Shown: one piece after another, positions 39,201 through 48,515 of the stretch
Layout of the letters: each line of letters starts with the position of its first letter
Numbering within the stretch: position 1 is the first letter of the stretch
Assembly: GCA_028282585.1 (NCBI GenBank)
Contig: JANQHR010000142.1
Coordinates: 1-64,000, forward strand
Length of the DNA stretch: 64,000 bases
Source: Bacteroidales bacterium
GTDB lineage: Bacteria > Bacteroidota > Bacteroidia > Bacteroidales > UBA12077
Direction of reading: 5' to 3'
Translations under genes and position numbers: made by a program
Notes under the pieces: generated by a model
The model's database searches: none
What the model was told of the DNA's origin: nothing
The model's input: the letters and a program-made list of their open reading frames with translations, nothing else

Positions 39201-39310
39201 ATATATAAGTTTAATACAACCTTATAAACAAAAGAAGTTCTAAAACCTTTCAGATTTTAAAACCTTTTTTATAAATTTATGTACAATAAAATATTGTATT
39301 CAGAATTAGC

Positions 39311-39931
39311 ATGTTAAAAAGATTTATTTCAATAAGCATATTTCTAATCATTTGCTTTCAAGGGTTTTCTCAGATCCCTGGATTAACTTTCTCAAGTCAA
39401 AAAGATCAACCCGATCTTTACTTAAAAACTAAAACGGTTTGGATTACGGCAACTCCATTCTTTTTTGTCGATCGTAAATTTTCACCCGATCAAGGCTCTA
39501 CCTATATTAAAGTTGGAATGTTCGGTGGGAATGTAAAGCCCTATGTTCTGGAAGATTCAGTTGCTTTGCACAATATAAATAATTATAAATTAACACGTAT
39601 TTTCGGCATTGCTCAGATGGGCGTTATAGCTCCTCTTTTAGCATATTTACATTTTAATCCCGCAGATCCAACTTCTACCGGTGACGAAGATATTGATAAC
39701 AGTATCACTCAGGAGGAACAAACAGGATACCTTGCCGCTGCGATTATTATTTTTTGCACTGGCACCCTTACCTATCACGTTTTTTCAAAGGGATTCTTAT
39801 TCGATGCATTGGAAAGGTACAATTATATCTTAAATGGAAGTCCTATTTTTGAAGATGTTTCGTTTAACATGAATCTCCGGTTAGATCCGGTATCACAAAC
39901 TCCTCAATTATCGTTAGTCTGGACATTTTAG
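39311..39931 (+). CDS. Exported hypothetical protein
   Basis: Signal peptide, two hydrophobic segments, terminal LVWTF. Confidence 0.7.
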   Translation: MLKRFISISIFLIICFQGFSQIPGLTFSSQKDQPDLYLKTKTVWITATPFFFVDRKFSPDQGSTYIKVGMFGGNVKPYVLEDSVALHNINNYKLTRIFGIAQMGVIAPLLAYLHFNPADPTSTGDEDIDNSITQEEQTGYLAAAIIIFCTGTLTYHVFSKGFLFDALERYNYILNGSPIFEDVSFNMNLRLDPVSQTPQLSLVWTF

Positions 39932-39941
39932 GCAACCTTAT

Positions 39942-40805
39942 ATGACTTGGATACTGTTTGCATTTCTCACAGCCTTATTTCGATCATTAACGGATGTTGC
40001 AGGAAAAATTGGCCTAAAAAACATGGATGAGTATGTAGTTGCCTGGGCGTTAAACTTTTTTGCTCTACCACTGCTCTTGCCTTTACTGTTTTTTATCGAA
40101 ATTCCGGAAATTACACCTGGATTTTGGCTGGCTATATGCGTGAGCGGATCATTAAATATCGCAACAGCCATACTTTACTTAAAAGCAATCAAATCAGCAG
40201 ATCTTTCCCTGGTGATTCCGTTATCCACTTTTACTCCCTTATTTTTATTAATTACCTCTCCAATAATTATAGGTGAATTCCCAAACATATTCGGCTTAAT
40301 TGGAATATTTTTAATCGTTTTTGGATCTTATATTCTTAATATTAAAGAAAAAAGGAATGGCTTTTTTGCTCCTTTTAAAGCATTATTGAACAATAAAGGA
40401 GCTCAACTAATGTTATTGGTTGCATTTATTTGGAGTATAAGTTCAAATTTCGATAAAATTGGTTTACAAAACTCATCTCCTGTTTTCTATGGCATAATTG
40501 TAAATGTCTTCATAACAATAGGAGTTACTCCCTTTTTATTGATCAAATCTACAAAAAGTCTCAAGCAAATACCTAAAAATCTAAAATCATTAATACCAGT
40601 TGGGTTATTTCATGGTTTAATGATGATATTTCATATGATTGCTATAAGTATGACACTCGTAGCTTACCTCATATCAATTAAAAGAACCAGCGCAATACTT
40701 AGCGTTTTGTTTGGAGCTCTCATTTTTAAGGAGAAGGGATTACAAGAAAGAATTTTAGGAGCTATTATTATGATCTTAGGCGTTTTGTGTATTACTCTTT
40801 TTTAA
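39942..40805 (+). CDS. EamA/DMT family transporter
   Basis: About 10 TM segments in two repeats; ADLSLVIPL, LIFKEKG. Confidence 0.9.
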   Translation: MTWILFAFLTALFRSLTDVAGKIGLKNMDEYVVAWALNFFALPLLLPLLFFIEIPEITPGFWLAICVSGSLNIATAILYLKAIKSADLSLVIPLSTFTPLFLLITSPIIIGEFPNIFGLIGIFLIVFGSYILNIKEKRNGFFAPFKALLNNKGAQLMLLVAFIWSISSNFDKIGLQNSSPVFYGIIVNVFITIGVTPFLLIKSTKSLKQIPKNLKSLIPVGLFHGLMMIFHMIAISMTLVAYLISIKRTSAILSVLFGALIFKEKGLQERILGAIIMILGVLCITLF

Positions 40806-40874
40806 ATAATTAATAAAAAGACCTATATATCTTTTATTTTTTTTAGTTAAATTTCTGATCTTAAAAGTTGAGCC

Positions 40875-41432
40875 GTGGAAAATAATCAACTAAATCCTTC
40901 CGAATGGATTAACAAGTACGGTGATTACTTGTATAATTATGCTATAACTCGAACACAATCTCAAGAAATAGCTAAAGACTTAATTCAGGATACGTTTCTA
41001 TCCGCATTAAAAGCTAAAAAGACTTTTAAAGGTAATAGTTCGGAACGAACCTGGTTAATTGCAATCCTAAAACGAAAAATAATTGATTATTACAGGAACA
41101 TTTCTAAACAGAAAGAAGATAAAACATTAAGTAATAAACCTTTTAGGGATTCAGGCTTTTTTAGTGGTCATTGGTTAGATAACAAAACACCAGCCAACTG
41201 GAATATTGAAAAATCAATTGAAACTGAAGAACTACTTGAGACCTTAAAATATTGTTTATCTCTTCTACCAGAAAAATTGAAAGCTTGTTTTAACTTAAAA
41301 AATATGGAAGATGTTCCTAATAAAGAAATTTGTAAGGAATTGGAAATTTCTGAGTCTAATTTATGGGTAATGTTACACAGAGCTCGCTTACAATTAAGAG
41401 AATGCCTGGAAATAAATTGGTTTAGAAAGTAA
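40875..41432 (+). CDS. ECF sigma factor of the MNIO RiPP cluster
   Basis: DLIQDTFLSA, SSERTWLIAILKRKIID, EICKELEISESNLWVMLHRARLQLRECLE. Confidence 0.93.
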   Translation: MENNQLNPSEWINKYGDYLYNYAITRTQSQEIAKDLIQDTFLSALKAKKTFKGNSSERTWLIAILKRKIIDYYRNISKQKEDKTLSNKPFRDSGFFSGHWLDNKTPANWNIEKSIETEELLETLKYCLSLLPEKLKACFNLKNMEDVPNKEICKELEISESNLWVMLHRARLQLRECLEINWFRK

Positions 41433-41434
41433 TT

Positions 41435-41734
41435 ATGGTTCATAATCATCACAATAAATTAATAAGAGATAAAATGCCCATGATGATTTCATGTGATGAA
41501 GCAACCTATATTATTTCAAAAAATCAACATCAAAAATTAGGTTTTATAAAGCGGATTCAGCTGAAAATACATTTACTTATGTGTAATTATTGTAGAAGGT
41601 ATGAAAATCAAATTCGATTTATAACCGGAATTATTAATAAACTCAAATTATTTCCGGAAAACAATAATTCTAATTATCGACTGGATAACCAGCAAAAAGA
41701 GAATCTCCAAAAGGAAATAAGTAAAGCTTCTTAA
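41435..41734 (+). CDS. Soluble zf-HC2 (ZAS-type) anti-sigma factor
   Basis: SCDEAT...HLLMCNYCRRY (HxxxCxxC); starts 2 nt after the sigma gene. Confidence 0.85.
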   Translation: MVHNHHNKLIRDKMPMMISCDEATYIISKNQHQKLGFIKRIQLKIHLLMCNYCRRYENQIRFITGIINKLKLFPENNNSNYRLDNQQKENLQKEISKAS

Positions 41735-41750
41735 AAAAACACTCTTTTCT

Positions 41751-41779
41751 TGTAAGGTATTTTCAAACATTACGTCTAA
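41751..41779 (+). promoter_or_regulatory. Candidate ECF promoter of the RiPP precursor
   Basis: TGTAAG-N16-CGTCTAA, 50 bp upstream of the ATG. Confidence 0.65.
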
Positions 41780-41828
41780 ATCTAAATTGTTATTTTTATT
41801 AAATCTAAATTAATTTAAGCTAACTGTT

Positions 41829-42230
41829 ATGGAAGACAATTCAAAAAAGAAAGCCAGTATCCTTAAAGGAGCTATTCTAACAGGAGTAATAGCAGGCTTA
41901 ACTCCATTATCCGTAAATTCTTCTGCACTATTTTCTTATCATGTACTTGGTTCTGGTGCTGAAGTAAGAACACAAATTTTAGAGGAAAAATCTGTTTCAG
42001 GAACAGTTTATGAACTAAAATGCGGAAGTGAAAAAGAAGAATCAAAGAAAAAAAGTGAAACCAAAAAAGGTGAGGCAACCAAGGCAGAAAAAGGTAAATC
42101 AACTGAAGCCAAATGTGGTGAAGGAAAGTGTGGTTCTGAAAAGAAAGAAGGAAAAAGCGAAGAAAAAAAAGAAGGCGAAAGTAAGTCTACCGAAGCAAAG
42201 TGTGGGGAAGGTAAGTGCGGTGTAGAATAA
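41829..42230 (+). CDS. HvfA-like RiPP precursor with KCG/EGKCG motifs
   Basis: Signal-like leader; low-complexity K/E core; ELKCG plus two KSTEAKCGEGKCG (5 Cys); directly upstream of an MNIO gene. Confidence 0.9.
   Translation: MEDNSKKKASILKGAILTGVIAGLTPLSVNSSALFSYHVLGSGAEVRTQILEEKSVSGTVYELKCGSEKEESKKKSETKKGEATKAEKGKSTEAKCGEGKCGSEKKEGKSEEKKEGESKSTEAKCGEGKCGVE
42096..42221 (+). repeat. Two copies of a 39-nt unit encoding KSTEAKCGEGKCG
   Basis: 42096-42134 and 42183-42221; identical peptide with many synonymous differences. Confidence 0.9.
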
Positions 42231-42298
42231 CATCTTACATTGCCTGAGAGCTGTATAACAATAATTCTTATTCAACAGTAATTCACAAACAGCTCAGG

Positions 42299-42372
42299 GC
42301 CCGGGAATTGGCAGGTTAGTTAGGTTGATTCGAATACATAGTGATATACATTTCCAATTCCTGGGCTTTTTT
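42299..42372 (+). terminator. Long-loop stem plus T-run between the precursor and MNIO genes
   Basis: gcccgggaattgg (42299-42311) pairs with ccaattcctgggc (42354-42366), then T6. Confidence 0.55.
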
Positions 42373-42384
42373 AAAACTATAATT

Positions 42385-43224
42385 ATGAAATCAAATATTA
42401 ATATAGGACTGGGTTTTCGACGGGATCTTACTGAAGAATTCATGTCTCAAAAAACAATCAAACCTGGATTTATTGAGTTTGCACCGGAAAACTGGATTGA
42501 TATGGGTGGCTACTGGGGAAAAGTATTAAGAGAGATTGAAACGAAATATCCAGTTACATGTCACGGATTATCATTATCACTTGGAAGTCCTGAAGAACTA
42601 GACTGGGAGTTTATTAAAAAACTCAAAATATTTCTTGATGAGCATCATGTTGAAATATACTCTGAACACTTATCCTATACCAAAGCTTCAAATGCTCATT
42701 TATATGATTTACTGCCAATTCCGTTTAGAGAAGATGCTATTCATCATGTTTCGAAAAGAATAAAACAGGTACAAGATTATTTGCAACGTAAAATCGCAAT
42801 AGAAAATGTTTCATATTACACTTCAGTAGCTGCTGAAATGGATGAAGCAACCTTTATTAACAGCATTGTTGAGGAAGCAGATTGTAACTTGTTACTGGAT
42901 ATAAATAATGTTTATGTAAATGCATTTAACCATAACTATGATCCAAAGAATTTTATAAAAAAGTTACCACTTGATAAAGTAGCATATATTCATATGGCCG
43001 GACATGAAAGGGTAGCTCCTGATCTAATTATAGATACTCATGGTGAAGCAATTATTGATCCTGTATATGAATTATTCGAATGGACGATTCAAAGAATGAA
43101 ACCAGTTCCGGTTTTATTGGAAAGAGATTTTAATTTTCCAGAAATAACAGAACTACAATCGGAACTAACTCAACTTGAGTCAATTTGCAAAAGACATTGG
43201 GAGGTTCATTATGAAATTAAGTAA
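42385..43224 (+). CDS. Multinuclear non-heme iron oxidase (MNIO, DUF692; HvfB/BufB-like)
   Basis: HGLSLSLG, SEHLSY, DLLPIP, IENVSYY, LLLDINNVYVN, IHMAGH, IDTHG, LLERDFNFP; ATG at 42385 preferred. Confidence 0.95.
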   Translation: MKSNINIGLGFRRDLTEEFMSQKTIKPGFIEFAPENWIDMGGYWGKVLREIETKYPVTCHGLSLSLGSPEELDWEFIKKLKIFLDEHHVEIYSEHLSYTKASNAHLYDLLPIPFREDAIHHVSKRIKQVQDYLQRKIAIENVSYYTSVAAEMDEATFINSIVEEADCNLLLDINNVYVNAFNHNYDPKNFIKKLPLDKVAYIHMAGHERVAPDLIIDTHGEAIIDPVYELFEWTIQRMKPVPVLLERDFNFPEITELQSELTQLESICKRHWEVHYEIK

Positions 43225-43972
43225 AGAAACAGAAGCTATTCAAAACTCTTTGGCTCTTTATTGCCGAAGCGGAGTGGAACCTCCAATTCCCGTTTCGCGT
43301 CCCGAGAATTTACCACATTACAGAAGGCTTGTTTTTAATATAGTTTTAAATACTATGCAACAAGCATTTCCAATTGCTTATAAGAATATACCAGCCGATG
43401 AATGGAAGGATTTGGTGCATAATTTCTTTTTAAAACATGATAGTCAAACTCCTCAAGTATGGAAACTTCCTTTTGAATTTTACCAATTTGTTTCTCAAAA
43501 TAACTATTCGGAACGTTTAAAGAAACCATTTTTAGATGATCTTCTTTTTTTTGAATGGATCGAGATAGAGGTACACACCATGCCAGATATTAAAGCAACC
43601 AAACATAAAACCAAAGGTAACTTATTTACTGATGTTTTAGTTTTAAACCCTGAATTTAAACTCTTTAAACTAAATTATCCTGTTCATATACATCCACCTG
43701 ATAAGGCTTTGGAACTTCATGGTGACTACTTTGTGATTGCATATCGGCATCCCAATGATTTAAATGTGAGATTCCTTAATTTATCTATTTTACACACTTT
43801 TATTATAGAAAAATTAATTGAAGAAGAATACACTTTAAATCAAATAGTTGATGATATGTTATCTTTATTTAACATCAACAAGAACGAACTAATAACCAAT
43901 ATATCAACCTTTTTAAATGACCTTTTCAACCAAAAACTAATTTTAGGTTATAAGATTAGTCCTGGCCTATGA
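43211..43972 (+). CDS. MNIO partner protein (DUF2063; HvfC/BufC-like)
   Basis: YRRLVFN, AFP, LLFFEWIEIEV, YPVH; overlaps the MNIO stop; ATG at 43211. Confidence 0.88.
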   Translation: MKLSKETEAIQNSLALYCRSGVEPPIPVSRPENLPHYRRLVFNIVLNTMQQAFPIAYKNIPADEWKDLVHNFFLKHDSQTPQVWKLPFEFYQFVSQNNYSERLKKPFLDDLLFFEWIEIEVHTMPDIKATKHKTKGNLFTDVLVLNPEFKLFKLNYPVHIHPPDKALELHGDYFVIAYRHPNDLNVRFLNLSILHTFIIEKLIEEEYTLNQIVDDMLSLFNINKNELITNISTFLNDLFNQKLILGYKISPGL

Positions 43973-44316
43973 TTTTTAAGGCCTGACAACTATGAAATGA
44001 TCGGAAATAAATAATTTAGCATCTTGGTTTTAAGGCATGAGTTATCCTTTGCCAAGAATAAGCGCTTACATGGCAGCAAGCATTGAACTATTAGGAGTAT
44101 TTTTATTGTTTTTTGGTTTGGGAACAAGAATAATTTCAATTCTTCTAATGTTCATAATGCTTGTTGTTATTTTTACGGTCCATCTCAAAGGAGGACTCAA
44201 AGCTGCAAATAATGGATTTAAAATTCCTCTTTACTACTTTATTATGTTATTCGTTCTACTAATATTAAGGACCCGGTAAAATGAGCGTTGATCGCTTCTT
44301 TGCTAAAAGAAGATAA
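43947..44316 (+). pseudogene. DoxX-family membrane protein pseudogene
   Basis: In-frame VIRLVLAYDF*GLTTMK*SEINNLASWF*GMSYPLP... with stops at 43977, 43998 and 44031; the C-terminal GPGKMSVDRFF motif is frameshifted (44269-44316). Confidence 0.85.
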
Positions 44317-44329
44317 GCCTGTATATAAA

Positions 44330-44364
44330 AAAGAGGCCATCTTGTAAAAAGATATGACCTCTTT
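44330..44364. terminator. Imperfect bidirectional terminator
   Basis: aaagaggccatctt...aagatatgacctcttt between convergent genes. Confidence 0.55.
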
Positions 44365-44393
44365 AGGCAAAACTACAATAATGAAAATCAAAG

Positions 44394-44930
44394 CTATTTA
44401 AAACTATTTCCTTCTACATAATCGACTAATTGTTCCGGTTGATAAATTTTCGCAATATTATCCCAAATATCATATAGATTCTCCACATCGTCTTTCCCAC
44501 CTTCAAAACCGTCTCTATTATAATCACTTAAATCAAAATATTCTTTTTCACCAGTATTAACTATCATTACCTCCTGACCTTTTAAATCAATAAACAATTT
44601 AAATTCCGGGTCATTAGTACCCATTATTTTTTCGAGAAAATTGCGTGAAACTTCAATTGTTAGAATACCATAATTAATTGCTTTGGCATTAAATAAATCT
44701 GTAAAAACATCCGAAATAACTATCCTAAATCCTAAGTCCGATATTGATTTTACCAACTCATCGTAATTACCTACTTTTTCACTGGCAACATCAACAACCA
44801 AAATTTTTTCTTTATTATCCGGATCAGCTTTTACAATTTTAATGTCTAATGATTCTTGTTCATTTCTTTTAACATCCGTTGCAATTGCAAGCACCCCGGA
44901 AGTTAAAGTACTGTCTTTTGAGATACTCAT
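44394..44930 (-). CDS. Degenerate LeuD (isopropylmalate dehydratase small subunit)-like protein
   Basis: KILV..., LGFRIVISDVFTDLF...NYGILTIEVS, IDL..Q.V....TGEKEYFDL..Y......G.DD; lacks DTDQIIP and NFGxGSSRE. Confidence 0.7.
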   Translation of the reverse strand: MSISKDSTLTSGVLAIATDVKRNEQESLDIKIVKADPDNKEKILVVDVASEKVGNYDELVKSISDLGFRIVISDVFTDLFNAKAINYGILTIEVSRNFLEKIMGTNDPEFKLFIDLKGQEVMIVNTGEKEYFDLSDYNRDGFEGGKDDVENLYDIWDNIAKIYQPEQLVDYVEGNSFK

Positions 44931-45135
44931 AACAATTAGATTTGTATTTTACAATTTTTGTTTACATTTGTTTATCCGCCTGAAATACTAGCCAAAAGTA
45001 TTTTTAAAATGCTTTGATCAAAAACTAAATATGTAATTTTTTACGATACCTAAAATTGATATCAGCATAGAGTTAACTTAAATAATATATTTAATGCTAG
45101 CAACTTAATACTAATTTAACTTAAAAGATATTACA

Positions 45136-46692
45136 ATGCCCAATAAAAATAATGATCCACTTTTTCAACTTATAAAATCTCTTACAAAGTCGGAAAAAAG
45201 ATACTTTAAGTTACATGTAAACAAACAAATAGCTGGAGAGGATACTAAATATTTAAAACTTTTTGATTTAATAGATAAACAAAAAGTTTATGACGAATCT
45301 AAAATTTTAGAAAAGGATAAAACAATTAAAAGTTCTCAATTATCAAATTTAAAGGCTCATCTCTATAAACAAATTCTGCAAAATCTGCGAAGCCTAAATT
45401 CTGATGAAGATATGGACTTGATTATACATGAAATGATTGACCATTCGACAATCCTTTATAATAAATGTCTTTACGATCAATGTATTAAAATGCTTGACAA
45501 AGCAAAAAATCTTGCTGAAAAATATGATAAAAACACATTACTTCTTGAGATTATCGAATTTGAAAAGAGATTGGTAACTAAATATATACGATCAAATATC
45601 GAAAACAAGGTCAGTAAGTTAATTAAAGCTTCCGATGAAATAAATGAACAAATTAATAGTATCAATACGTTCTCGAACCTAACCATTAAACTTTATTCTT
45701 TTTATTTAAATATTGGCTTTTTGCGAAACCATACCGATTTTGAATTAGTTAATAGCTTTTTGTATTCAACCTTACCCGTTTTTCAAGAAGAACAACTTTC
45801 TTTTGACGAAAAAATGTATTTGTACAATTCTTTTGTTGGCTACTATTTCTTTATTCAGGATTTTGATCGTGGTTATGAGTACGCAAAAAAATGGGTAAAT
45901 CTTTTTGATGAAAATCCAACTCTAATTCCGTCAAAAATTGAAATGTATATTAGGTCGGTAAATAATTTACTGGTATCTCAATCAAAGCTATTTAAATACG
46001 AAGAGTTCAAAACAACTGTACAAAGGTTAGATGAAATCCTAGATCAAAAAGATTTAAAACTTACTGAAAATATTAGATTATTAGTATTTAAATATTCATC
46101 AACACATAAAATTAACCGTTATTTTATGACCGGTGAATTCACAGAAGGGTCTAAAATTATACCTGAAATTGCCGAAAGCCTGGAGAACTTTGAACGTTTA
46201 TTAGATGTACATTACATCCTTATCTTTTATTATAAGTTCGCTTGCATGTATTTTGGTAATAGTGACTATCAGAATGTAGTTTTTTGGCTCAATAAGATCA
46301 TTAATATGAAAGATTTTGACATCAGATCGGACATTCATAGTTTTGCTCGCATCCTTAACCTGATAAGTCATTATGAACTTGGTAATCTTGATTTGATTGA
46401 CTATTACATACGTTCAACTTACCGTTTCCTTATTAAAAAAAATGATTTACATTTGTTTCAGAAAATTATCATGAAATTCTTAAGAAAACTTAGTTCTATA
46501 ACTCGCGACCAACTAATTGACGCATTTAAAGAGTTAAGAGAACAGCTAATTCCTTTAAATGATAAATTTTATGAACGCAGGCCTTTTATTTATTTCGATA
46601 TTTTATCCTGGCTTGAAAGTAAAATTGAAAATCGAAATGTTCAGGAAGTAATTCGTGAAAAGGCATTGAAGAAAATAAGTCATAATGCTTAA
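45136..46692 (+). CDS. Conserved Bacteroidota helical-repeat hypothetical protein
   Basis: LFQLIKSLTKSEKRYFK start; LISHYELGN and YFDILSWLESK near the end. Confidence 0.8.
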   Translation: MPNKNNDPLFQLIKSLTKSEKRYFKLHVNKQIAGEDTKYLKLFDLIDKQKVYDESKILEKDKTIKSSQLSNLKAHLYKQILQNLRSLNSDEDMDLIIHEMIDHSTILYNKCLYDQCIKMLDKAKNLAEKYDKNTLLLEIIEFEKRLVTKYIRSNIENKVSKLIKASDEINEQINSINTFSNLTIKLYSFYLNIGFLRNHTDFELVNSFLYSTLPVFQEEQLSFDEKMYLYNSFVGYYFFIQDFDRGYEYAKKWVNLFDENPTLIPSKIEMYIRSVNNLLVSQSKLFKYEEFKTTVQRLDEILDQKDLKLTENIRLLVFKYSSTHKINRYFMTGEFTEGSKIIPEIAESLENFERLLDVHYILIFYYKFACMYFGNSDYQNVVFWLNKIINMKDFDIRSDIHSFARILNLISHYELGNLDLIDYYIRSTYRFLIKKNDLHLFQKIIMKFLRKLSSITRDQLIDAFKELREQLIPLNDKFYERRPFIYFDILSWLESKIENRNVQEVIREKALKKISHNA

Positions 46693-46746
46693 ACCAAATT
46701 ATATCAAAACTGTCCTATTTAAAATTCACCTCTAAAACCTACTCAC

Positions 46747-48438
46747 ATGAAAAAAACTATTTACATTTTACTTATCACAATTCTAACTATCAATACAATG
46801 TATGCTCAAGACAGGTTAACAGGCAAGTCATTTGCAACACGATCCGAAGTAATTGCTGAACATGGAATGGCAGCTACCAGTCAGCCTTTAGCAACGCAAA
46901 TTGCCATCGACATTCTTAAAAAAGGAGGAAATGCTATTGATGCAGCAATTGCTGCAAATGCAGCCCTTGGTTTAATGGAACCTACCGGCAACGGTATCGG
47001 CGGAGATCTTTTCGCAATAATCTGGGATGCTAAGACAAAGAGATTATATGGGCTAAATGCAAGTGGAAGATCACCAAAATCGCTAACTCTTGACTATTTC
47101 ATTGAAAATGGATACGAAAAGATACCAGCCTTTGGACCTTTACCTGTATCAGTACCCGGTTGCGTTGACGGGTGGTTCGAAATGCATAACAAATTCGGCT
47201 CACTTGAAATGGCTGAGGTTCTGGAACCTACAATAAATTATGCTCGTGAAGGATTTCCTGTAAGCGAACTAATTGCTTATTATTGGAATAGTAATGCAAA
47301 AAGACTTGAAAAATACCCTGGATTTAAAGAAGTGTTTACACCAAATGGAAAAGCTCCTCAAAAAGGCGAAATATTTAAAAATCCTTATTTAGCTAATACT
47401 TTGGAAAAAATTGCAAAAGAAGGTCGTGACGTTTTTTATAAAGGAGAAATAGCAAAAGAAATTGCTAAATATATGGAAGAACAAGGGGGCTTCCTATCCT
47501 ATGAGGATATGGCAAATCATAAATCAGAATGGGTTGAACCTATTTCAGCGAACTACAGAGGTTACGATGTTTGGGAATTACCTCCGAATGGACAAGGAAT
47601 TGCAGCATTACAAATTTTAAATATTCTGGAAGGCTATGATATTGCCAAAATGGGTTTTGGAAGCGTTGAATATATCCACACATTTACAGAAGCCAAAAAG
47701 CTGGCTTTTGAAGATAGAGCAAAATATTATTCCGATCCCGATTTTAATGATATTCCCGTGGAAGAATTAGTCTCAAAGGAATACGCTAATGAAAGAAGAA
47801 GCTTAATAGATCCAAACAAAGCGGCAAAAAATTATCCTGCAGGTGAGTTAGAACAAGGTAATACGATCTATTTAACAGTTGCAGATCAATATGGAAATAT
47901 GGTTTCATTAATTCAAAGTAATTATCGTGGAATGGGTTCGGGAATGACACCGGGTAAACTTGGTTTTATTCTTCAGGACAGAGGTGAATTGTTCAGCTTA
48001 GATAAAAATCATATGAACTGCTACGAACCAGGGAAAAGACCTTTTCAAACAATTATTCCGGCATTTATAACCAAAGATGGAAAACCTTTTATGAGTTTTG
48101 GAGTTATGGGTGGATCAATGCAACCTCAAGGTCATGCTCAAATTGTTGTTAACATGATTGACTTTGGAATGAATTTACAAGAAGCTGGTGATGCTCCACG
48201 AATGAGACATGGAGGCAGTTCACAACCAACAGGTGAAATTATGACAGATGGAGGGATACTTCAATTGGAGAGTGGAATAGATTACGAAGTAATTCGTGAA
48301 TTAATGAAAAAAGGACATAAGGTTAAATTCAGTGTGGGAGGCTTTGGAGGTTATCAGGCAATAATGTTTGACATTGAAAATAAAGTTTACTATGGTGCCT
48401 CGGAATCACGTAAAGACGGACAAGCTGCAGGCTATTAA
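46747..48438 (+). CDS. ggt: Gamma-glutamyltransferase
   Basis: GGNAIDAAIA, GIGGDLF, VPG.VDGW, nucleophile in NTIY, PGKRP, FGVMGG.MQPQGH, ESRKDG. Confidence 0.95.
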   Translation: MKKTIYILLITILTINTMYAQDRLTGKSFATRSEVIAEHGMAATSQPLATQIAIDILKKGGNAIDAAIAANAALGLMEPTGNGIGGDLFAIIWDAKTKRLYGLNASGRSPKSLTLDYFIENGYEKIPAFGPLPVSVPGCVDGWFEMHNKFGSLEMAEVLEPTINYAREGFPVSELIAYYWNSNAKRLEKYPGFKEVFTPNGKAPQKGEIFKNPYLANTLEKIAKEGRDVFYKGEIAKEIAKYMEEQGGFLSYEDMANHKSEWVEPISANYRGYDVWELPPNGQGIAALQILNILEGYDIAKMGFGSVEYIHTFTEAKKLAFEDRAKYYSDPDFNDIPVEELVSKEYANERRSLIDPNKAAKNYPAGELEQGNTIYLTVADQYGNMVSLIQSNYRGMGSGMTPGKLGFILQDRGELFSLDKNHMNCYEPGKRPFQTIIPAFITKDGKPFMSFGVMGGSMQPQGHAQIVVNMIDFGMNLQEAGDAPRMRHGGSSQPTGEIMTDGGILQLESGIDYEVIRELMKKGHKVKFSVGGFGGYQAIMFDIENKVYYGASESRKDGQAAGY

Positions 48439-48460
48439 TTCAACCAAATTTTATATTAAG

Positions 48461-48491
48461 AATCTCTGATCAATTAATCAGAGATTTTTTT
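48461..48491 (+). terminator. Intrinsic terminator after ggt
   Basis: aatctctgat-caatta-atcagagatt plus T-run. Confidence 0.75.
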
Positions 48492-48515
48492 ATACTTGCA
48501 TTTAAATATTATATT

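Noticed and set aside
43977-44033. Stop-codon recoding or an alternative genetic code to rescue doxX
   Set aside because: Both TAA and TGA interrupt the frame, a frameshift is also present, and TAA/TGA end normal genes elsewhere in the window
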